A DNA stretch of 64,000 bases, from assembly GCA_963711565.1 (NCBI GenBank), contig CAVQEQ010000004.1:544001-608000 (forward strand), written 5' to 3'. Below, one piece after another: positions 57,976 to 64,000 of this stretch; positions within the stretch are counted from its first letter, which is position 1; each line of letters begins with the position of its first letter. Origin of the DNA: an uncultured delta proteobacterium (GTDB lineage Bacteria; Desulfobacterota; Binatia; Binatales; Binataceae). The notes under the pieces were generated by a model. That model had not been told where the DNA came from. It saw only the letters and a list, made by a program, of their open reading frames with translations, and ran no database searches. Position numbers and translations under genes: made by a program.

Positions 57976-60115
57976 GGACAAGGCACAGCCGGGAAGACAG
58001 CTGAGCTGGGCGCGTCGAATATTAGCGGCGCCGGGACGCTTGCCGGCCCTGGTGCTGCTGGCGCTGCTCGTGATTGTACGCGCGCTCGATCCGGGCTTCG
58101 TGCAGAGCCTGAGGTTGCGCGGCTTCGATTTCCTCGAACAACTTGCGCCGCGCAAGTATCAGCCGCTGCCGGTGCAGATCGTCGCAATCGACGACAAGAG
58201 TCTCGCGCAATACGGACAATGGCCATGGTCGCGGGCGCGCGTGGCGCAACTCGTCGATAAGATCGCGTCGGGCAAGCCGAGCGTGCTCGGTGTCGATATT
58301 ATTTTCGCCGAGCCCGACCGGCTTTCGCCCGGCCGCCTGGCCGATTCCGATCCTGAAATTCCCGCTGACGTTGTCGGCGAGCTCTCGCGGCTGCCTTCGC
58401 ACGAATCTGTTCTGGCCGACGCGTTGCGCGAAGTCCCGACAGTGCTGGCAGTCGCCGCAAGTAACGAGACGTCCCTGGCGCGGACACCCTCGCGCGTTAC
58501 GATGATTCTCGAATCGGGCGCAAATCCACGCCCGTTCCTTTTCACTCATCCGGAGCTGGTGAAGAGCCTGCCTGAGATAGCGGCCGCCGAGCGGGGGCAG
58601 GGTTCCATTGACTCGGAGAAGGATCGCGACGGCATCACTCGCCGCGTGCCGTTGTTTATTGTCGCCGAGGGCCACCTCGTGCCGGACCTGGCGCTCGAGA
58701 TGCTGCGAGTCGGTTCGGGTGCCGGCGCACTCGAAATCGTAACCGGCAAGGAGGGCGTGCTGGGCGCCAGGTTGGGTTCGCTCTTTGTGCCGACCGATCG
58801 GCACGGCCAGATCTATCCATATTTCACGCCTTCGTACGACGCTCGCTACATCTCGGCTGCTGACCTGCTCGACGGCTCCTATGATCCGGCGCGGTTGAAC
58901 GGTGCCGCCGTGCTTTTGGGATCGAGCGCTCTCGGTTTGACCGACCAGAATCAGACGCCGCTCGGCCTCATGCCGGGGGTCGAGGTCTGGGCACAATCGC
59001 TGGAATCGATGCTGACCGGAAATCTGCTCCGGCGCCCGGCGACGCTCAATGCCGTCGAGATCGTGATCGTACTTGCCGCGGGGCTGGTCATCATCTTTGC
59101 GTTGCCATTTTCGAATCCGCGAATAGCCGGCGCTGCGTTGCTTGGCATAATCGTGCTGCTCTTTTGCGCCGCGTTGGCGAGTTTCAAAATCTCAAAGCTG
59201 CTGCTCGACGGCATCTATCCGACGCTGTCATCGGCGCTCGTGTTCGGCGTGATGTTGTCGGAGAACTTGCGCGTCGCGGAGGCGGGGCGCCGTCGGCTCG
59301 CGAGTGAGTTGCAGCATGAACGTGAAATAGAAGCACGAATGGACGGCGAGCTGAATGCCGCGCGCTCCATACAGATTGGGCTGCTCCCGCGCCATTTCCC
59401 GGGCCCGCCCGAGCGCAATGACCTCGAGGTCTTCGCTTCCATCGAGCCCGCGCGGATGGTCGGCGGCGATCTTTATGATTTCGTTTTTCTCGATTCCGAT
59501 CATCTTTCTTTCGCGATTGCCGACGTCTCCGGCAAGGGAGTTCCGGCCGCGCTGTTCATGGCGATGACCAAGGAGGTATTGCACACCGCGACGCTGCGTT
59601 ATCGGAAGCAGCTCGATCGCGTATTCAGTGAGGCGAACTCCAAGATTTCAGCCGCGAGCGAGGAGTTGGCCGCGGGCGGCTCGAATATGATGTTCGTGAC
59701 GGTCTTCGCGGGAATCCTGGACCTCACCTCGGGCGTGCTCGTTTACGTCAACGCCGGCCACGATTCGCCCTTTGTGCTGCGCGCGGGCCTCAAGCCTGAA
59801 ACTCTCCCGCTCGCGGGAGGCCCGCCGCTCGGCACCGTCGACGACTTTCAGTATCCGATCGAGCAACGTCAGCTCGCGCCGGGCGAGACGGTGCTCGCGT
59901 TTACCGACGGGGTCACCGAAGCTCAGGACACTGCTCACGCGTTGTATTCCGGCGCGCGCCTCGAGCGCTTGCTCGCGGCGGCGCCGGCCACCGATGCGAA
60001 AGCGGTGGTCGATTTCGTGCGCGACGACGTCCATCGCTTCGCCGCCGGCGCCGAGCAGGCCGACGACATCACGCTGCTCGCGGTGCGATGGCTGGGGCCG
60101 GTTTCCTCCGGCTGA
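57965..60115 (+). CDS. CHASE2-domain SpoIIE/PP2C phosphatase
   Basis: VAIDDKSL..YGQWPWSR, DGITRRVP, TPLG.MPGVE, three TM helices; VGGDLYD, ADVSGKG, TDGVTEA, DDITL. Confidence 0.93.
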   Translation: MSSEDKAQPGRQLSWARRILAAPGRLPALVLLALLVIVRALDPGFVQSLRLRGFDFLEQLAPRKYQPLPVQIVAIDDKSLAQYGQWPWSRARVAQLVDKIASGKPSVLGVDIIFAEPDRLSPGRLADSDPEIPADVVGELSRLPSHESVLADALREVPTVLAVAASNETSLARTPSRVTMILESGANPRPFLFTHPELVKSLPEIAAAERGQGSIDSEKDRDGITRRVPLFIVAEGHLVPDLALEMLRVGSGAGALEIVTGKEGVLGARLGSLFVPTDRHGQIYPYFTPSYDARYISAADLLDGSYDPARLNGAAVLLGSSALGLTDQNQTPLGLMPGVEVWAQSLESMLTGNLLRRPATLNAVEIVIVLAAGLVIIFALPFSNPRIAGAALLGIIVLLFCAALASFKISKLLLDGIYPTLSSALVFGVMLSENLRVAEAGRRRLASELQHEREIEARMDGELNAARSIQIGLLPRHFPGPPERNDLEVFASIEPARMVGGDLYDFVFLDSDHLSFAIADVSGKGVPAALFMAMTKEVLHTATLRYRKQLDRVFSEANSKISAASEELAAGGSNMMFVTVFAGILDLTSGVLVYVNAGHDSPFVLRAGLKPETLPLAGGPPLGTVDDFQYPIEQRQLAPGETVLAFTDGVTEAQDTAHALYSGARLERLLAAAPATDAKAVVDFVRDDVHRFAAGAEQADDITLLAVRWLGPVSSG

Positions 60116-60700
60116 TCAGCGGACCGTGATTTCCACGCGCCGATTTCGCGGTTCCGCAACCTGATCGGCGGTCCGCACGGCAAGGTCCAACGAGCCGCGG
60201 CCCGCGACTGAAATCGATTTGGGACTGATTCCGTCGTGCACCAGCCGATCGCGAATCATTTCCGCGCGGCTCATCGAAAGCCGCTGATTGTGCGCTTGGG
60301 TGCCCATTGTGTCGGTATGCCCGATCACTTCGACCTCGTACACATTCCGGCGCTTGATGTCCTCGAACACACCCTGATACTGGCGCTGCGATTCCGGCGT
60401 CAAAGTGTCGCTGTCCCTCTCGAAGTAGAGCACGAAGTGGCTCGGCAGGATTGGCTGCGCGGCGAGCGCGTTGCCGAAAATCTGCTGGACCTGCGCCTGA
60501 TCGATCTTCACCGGCGCGGCGGCGCCTCCGCGCACCTCACCTGCGGCGTAGGGCTGATCCAGTACCACCGACTTCTGCCCGTCCTCGATCGTGACCGCAC
60601 CCGAGCTGCCGTCGGGATTGGGCAGCACGACGAACAGCGACTGTCGGCTCGAGCATGACGCCAGTAACAGAAGTGCCAGAACAAGTGAGATACGGCGCAT
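60116..60700 (-). CDS. OmpA-family lipoprotein
   Basis: Lipobox LLASC; GHTD...NQRLS..RA; RNRRVEI. Confidence 0.92.
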   Translation of the reverse strand: MRRISLVLALLLLASCSSRQSLFVVLPNPDGSSGAVTIEDGQKSVVLDQPYAAGEVRGGAAAPVKIDQAQVQQIFGNALAAQPILPSHFVLYFERDSDTLTPESQRQYQGVFEDIKRRNVYEVEVIGHTDTMGTQAHNQRLSMSRAEMIRDRLVHDGISPKSISVAGRGSLDLAVRTADQVAEPRNRRVEITVR

Positions 60701-60702
60701 GA

Positions 60703-61179
60703 TCAGCGGTTGTCTTTGACTTCGATTACAAACCTGGTGCCGCGCACGCCGAGCATCGCCGTCGGCGTTTTGACCTTCATCGCACCCGGCGTGCTCCGCG
60801 CGATATCGCCGGAGATCATCGAGACCGTGCCGCGGTTCATGTCGGTAAGCATCGAACCTTTGAAATTGCTCGAGTTGAATTTGTAGTCCTCGAGCACGAT
60901 CTCGCTGTTCGGCCCGCTCGACATCACGGTGTTGTCGATGAAGGTGACGCCGATCGAGCCGTCGCCGCCGGTTTCGATGGTGTCCTTCTCGTAGAGCGGA
61001 TCGCCGACTTTGGCGGCCGCGCTGGCGCCGTTGCGCACGATCTGAGCCTGCCCTGATACCGTCTTTATCTGCGCGACCTGCGAGTTGTCCGCGTTCGCCG
61101 CCGAGCGGGAGACGGCCATCATCGTCAGGATCAAGGTGATACCGGCTGCCGCGCGCGAAGCTCGATTTACGGGATTCAT
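60703..61179 (-). CDS. Periplasmic FecR-domain protein
   Basis: Signal peptide; DTIETG, FIDNT, GPNS, VKTPTAMLGVRGTRF. Confidence 0.88.
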   Translation of the reverse strand: MNPVNRASRAAAGITLILTMMAVSRSAANADNSQVAQIKTVSGQAQIVRNGASAAAKVGDPLYEKDTIETGGDGSIGVTFIDNTVMSSGPNSEIVLEDYKFNSSNFKGSMLTDMNRGTVSMISGDIARSTPGAMKVKTPTAMLGVRGTRFVIEVKDNR

Positions 61180-61299
61180 TTGGCCTCCTGCGATTCGGCG
61201 AGGAGACTATCGCCGCGCGGCTTCAGAAGCCAGCCGTGGCAACTGCGGCCAGAGGCCGATATTCTGGTCTGAGCCTGATTCAGGCAGGCCAGCTAACTG

Positions 61300-61728
61300 A
61301 TGCAATCCCGACTCATCATACGAGCCGATTCCGCCGCAATGCGCCAGATCGACGGCTTCGTCGCGTCGTTCGTCAGACAACAGGGAATCGCGGCCGATGA
61401 AGCAGCTCGGATTCTAATTCTGCTCGAAGAGTTGCTCACCAACCTGGTGAAGTATGGGTATCCGGATCGAGCGGAGCCCGGACAGGCCGAGATCGTCCTC
61501 GCGCTCGACGGCAGCCGGCTGCAAATCGAATTCATCGACGACGGCTGCGCGTTCGATCCCTTCGCAGCGCCGCCGCCCAATCTCGACGAGCCGGTCGAAG
61601 ACCGTCAGGTGGGCGGCCTCGGTCTCCACATCCTGCGTTCGCTGACCGACGAGGCGTGCTACGAACGCCGCAACGAAAAAAATGTGACTCGACTGTCTCG
61701 AGTGGTCGCATCGGCCAAGCTTCCCTGA
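61300..61728 (+). CDS. RsbW-like anti-sigma factor Ser kinase (HATPase_c)
   Basis: LEELLTNLVKYGY, DDGCAFDP, GGLGLHIL. Confidence 0.92.
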   Translation: MQSRLIIRADSAAMRQIDGFVASFVRQQGIAADEAARILILLEELLTNLVKYGYPDRAEPGQAEIVLALDGSRLQIEFIDDGCAFDPFAAPPPNLDEPVEDRQVGGLGLHILRSLTDEACYERRNEKNVTRLSRVVASAKLP

Positions 61729-61756
61729 CGGACGGCAGTCTCGGGCGGTCGCTCTA

Positions 61757-62185
61757 CTACCTGACCGTCAGCTTCACGGCTCTAGCCAACCGGCGCTGTC
61801 GCTCGTCGAAAGTGTGGAAGCTTGCTGCTCCGAGCGCCAATGCGGACGCGACGTGGATGATGTCCAGGGTCCGAGTGCCGAACGTCCTGGTCCACTTTTG
61901 TGCAAGCCCCCGCGCTTCCGCATAGACCTGATCCGGCATCGGTTTGATTGTCAGCACACCGGCGGCCACGTCGTCGCGAAACGCTGAGTATGCGGCGCGA
62001 GTCTTGGCCGCGGGCAGCTCACGGCGGAACAAGCGTAACTGCAGCGCGTTAGCGAATTCGAGATCGCCGAAAGACGTAACAGCCACGGGCAGGGCGATCC
62101 GCCGCATCCGGGAGGCCGCCTCGAGTGAGTTGGCATCGGGTGTGTAAAGGGAAACGAGGAAGCTGGTGTCCGCGTAGGCGCTCAA
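61757..62185 (-). CDS. vapC: VapC PIN-domain toxin
   Basis: YADTSFLV, LEFANA, RTLDIIHVASA, TFDERQ. Confidence 0.92.
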   Translation of the reverse strand: MSAYADTSFLVSLYTPDANSLEAASRMRRIALPVAVTSFGDLEFANALQLRLFRRELPAAKTRAAYSAFRDDVAAGVLTIKPMPDQVYAEARGLAQKWTRTFGTRTLDIIHVASALALGAASFHTFDERQRRLARAVKLTVR

Positions 62186-62424
62186 TAGCCGTTGCGCTCG
62201 CGGGCCAGCAGTTCCGCTCCGCTAACTTTGAGCATCTTCGCGCCGTAGATTGCGCGCAGACGGGCCATGAAGTCGGGACGATGATCGGGAGCATGCGAAG
62301 CCAACGGCATCAGATGTGCAATCACCCGCTTGCGCTTCGTGATCTCGATATTTTCGCCTTCCTGCAGAAGCCGCTCAACTTCAGAGAAACGATAGCGAAG
62401 ATCGCGCACACTGGCTTTTCTCAT
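62182..62424 (-). CDS. Phd/YefM-type antitoxin
   Basis: MRKASVRDLR..FSEV...GE.IEITKR..VIA.L; 4-bp overlap with the toxin. Confidence 0.88.
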   Translation of the reverse strand: MRKASVRDLRYRFSEVERLLQEGENIEITKRKRVIAHLMPLASHAPDHRPDFMARLRAIYGAKMLKVSGAELLARERNGY

Positions 62425-62445
62425 GTGATGCATTGTAGCATCACA
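62424..62445. promoter_or_regulatory. Palindromic operator at the antitoxin start
   Basis: TGTGATGC-ATTGTA-GCATCACA. Confidence 0.65.
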
Positions 62446-62518
62446 CGTATTAACGTCCAAGATCCCGGAACAAACGGCTTGCCGACATTCCAACCGCATT
62501 CGTGCTACAAAATGCGCG

Positions 62519-62872
62519 ATGCGGTTCGAACGTCATCACGAAAAGTTGCTGCCGCGACGCTTGTTCCTGTGGCGGCTTGCGCGATGGTGCGCAGCCGCGG
62601 GCGCCGTGGTCGCAGCCTCTTTAGCCGTCGGCATCTGCGGCTACCATTATCTCGGCGGCCTGTCGTGGATCGATTCGCTGGTCAACGCGTCGATGATCCT
62701 GGGAGGCATGGGCCCGGTCGATACGATCAAGAGCAATGCGGGGAAAGTCTTCGCCTCGGTGTACGCGCTTTACAGCGGACTCGCGTTGATCGCGATAGTC
62801 GGACTCATGCTCGCACCGGTCCTGCATCGCGTGCTGCACATGTTCCACATCGACGACGGCGGGAAGAAATAG
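62519..62872 (+). CDS. Small membrane protein with a TM-reentrant-TM (K-channel-like) layout
   Basis: TM helix, GLSWIDSLVNASMILGGMGP, then GKVFASVYAL TM helix. Confidence 0.75.
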   Translation: MRFERHHEKLLPRRLFLWRLARWCAAAGAVVAASLAVGICGYHYLGGLSWIDSLVNASMILGGMGPVDTIKSNAGKVFASVYALYSGLALIAIVGLMLAPVLHRVLHMFHIDDGGKK

Positions 62873-62923
62873 ATCGAGGGCGGGCCGCTGTCGGACCGCC
62901 CTCGCATGGCTTTCAGTGCAATT

Positions 62924-63277
62924 TCAATAAGGAGCGCTGTGCGGCGACGCGACCGCTTTATCAACGTCGCTGAGTGGGAAATCCTGCCCACTCTGGAGCT
63001 TGGCCTGCAGGGCCTTAATCTCGTCAATCTTTTTGTCGTAGGTGGCCTGCGTCAACGGCTCCTGCGACCATCCCGCGCGCGCAATCTTGTCGTGCTTCTT
63101 CGCCTCAGCGAGCTTTTTCATCAGTGCGTCCTTGTCCGCCGGCGACAGGCTGGACGCCATCGCTTCGGTCGCCATAGCGGCCGGAGCGCCCTGCGCAAAC
63201 GACACCCCTTGCTGCAGCGGCGCACTTATCCCGGCCAACGCTACGAAAGCTGCGATCGCGGTCTTCCGCATGCCCAT
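62924..63277 (-). CDS. Hypothetical secreted helical protein
   Basis: GGAG RBS; signal peptide; Lys/Ala-rich helical body. Confidence 0.7.
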   Translation of the reverse strand: MGMRKTAIAAFVALAGISAPLQQGVSFAQGAPAAMATEAMASSLSPADKDALMKKLAEAKKHDKIARAGWSQEPLTQATYDKKIDEIKALQAKLQSGQDFPLSDVDKAVASPHSAPY

Positions 63278-63465
63278 AATTTCTCCTTCCTCCCGATGGT
63301 AGCGTCCGAATATTGGCCGCTCCAGCTTGTCTGTCCTGCCAAATCGACGTTACCGAAGCATTAACGGCGCGTTGACGAAGGATGAAATAGTGCGCCGATT
63401 GGCTTGCCGCAGCTATTGTGATACGTATCTAATTAGATTCTAGTCTAAGTAGTTGAGTGCAGGCG

Positions 63466-64000
63466 ATGGATCCGCAACCACCCGAAATCATGCTCCAGTT
63501 TTGCAAGGCGATGGCCGACGAGAGCCGTCTCAAGATAGTCGGCCTGCTCTCGACCGCCGAGCACAGCGTCCAGCAGCTCGCGTCGATGCTCGAGTTGAAG
63601 GAACCGACCGTCTCGCATCACCTCGCGGTGCTGAAGCAGCTCGACCTCTTGCGGCTGCGCGCCGACGGCAACTTCCGCTGGTATCGCTTGAATGAAGAAG
63701 TGCTCGGAAAGATCAGCCGCGCCGTCTTCAGCCGCGACAGTATCGCCCGGCTGGCGGTATCGGCCGGCGCCCGCGGCTCGGAGCGAAAAATCCTCGACAA
63801 CTTTGTCGACGGCGAGCGTCTGCTGGAAATTCCGGTCAGTTACAAAAAGCGATTAGTGATCCTGAAGTGGCTGATCAATTTTTTCGCGCCCGGCATTAGC
63901 TACGCCGAGTCGCAGGTGAACGCAATCCTCAAGCCGCACCATCACGATTGCGCAACGCTGCGACGCGAAATGATCGGATGCGGGATGCTGGCGCGCGACA
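63466..64000 (+). CDS. ArsR/SmtB HTH + DUF2087 domain protein (3' partial)
   Basis: My translation: KAMADESRLKIVGLL...PTVSHHLAVL...IPVSYKKRLVIL...YAESQVN...DCATLRREMI; upstream palindrome TTAGA-N6-TCTAA (63433-63448). Confidence 0.88.
   Translation, partial: MDPQPPEIMLQFCKAMADESRLKIVGLLSTAEHSVQQLASMLELKEPTVSHHLAVLKQLDLLRLRADGNFRWYRLNEEVLGKISRAVFSRDSIARLAVSAGARGSERKILDNFVDGERLLEIPVSYKKRLVILKWLINFFAPGISYAESQVNAILKPHHHDCATLRREMIGCGMLARD

Overview
A GC-rich bacterial chromosomal window. Gene style (STAND adenylate cyclases, Kelch and S53 surface proteins with Pro/Thr linkers, DUF455 paralogues) suggests a Binatota/Deltaproteobacteria-like lineage; this is inference only. In order: a partial NarL-type two-component pair; an orphan BrxC/DUF6079-like ATPase; a dcw cluster (mraZ to ftsZ) lacking murF and ddl, with a frameshifted ftsZ; an RHH-MazF pair; and GTP-dependent PEP carboxykinase. 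Next comes a TetR-led operon of three ferritin-like proteins and two small paralogous proteins, the best candidate for an undescribed system. It is followed by an F420-type reductase, an MFS transporter, REP-rich intergenic mosaics around a Kelch gene, a HEPN-like ORF, an orphan HigA and two parS sites. After a JAB peptidase, panE and a degenerate PyrD-like gene, tRNA-Glu carries a 4.6-kb integrase-less islet with one giant sedolisin. The rest holds a divergent pair of STAND proteins with closely similar TPR regions flanking a GST, a plcP-like gene with an MGDG-synthase-like gene, a CHASE2-SpoIIE partner-switching module with FecR/OmpA, a Phd-VapC pair and a partial ArsR-DUF2087 gene. Three frameshifts and recurrent Asp-to-Asn changes at GTCAAC suggest consensus errors linked to DNA modification. 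No CRISPR array, rRNA, transposase or integrase was seen.
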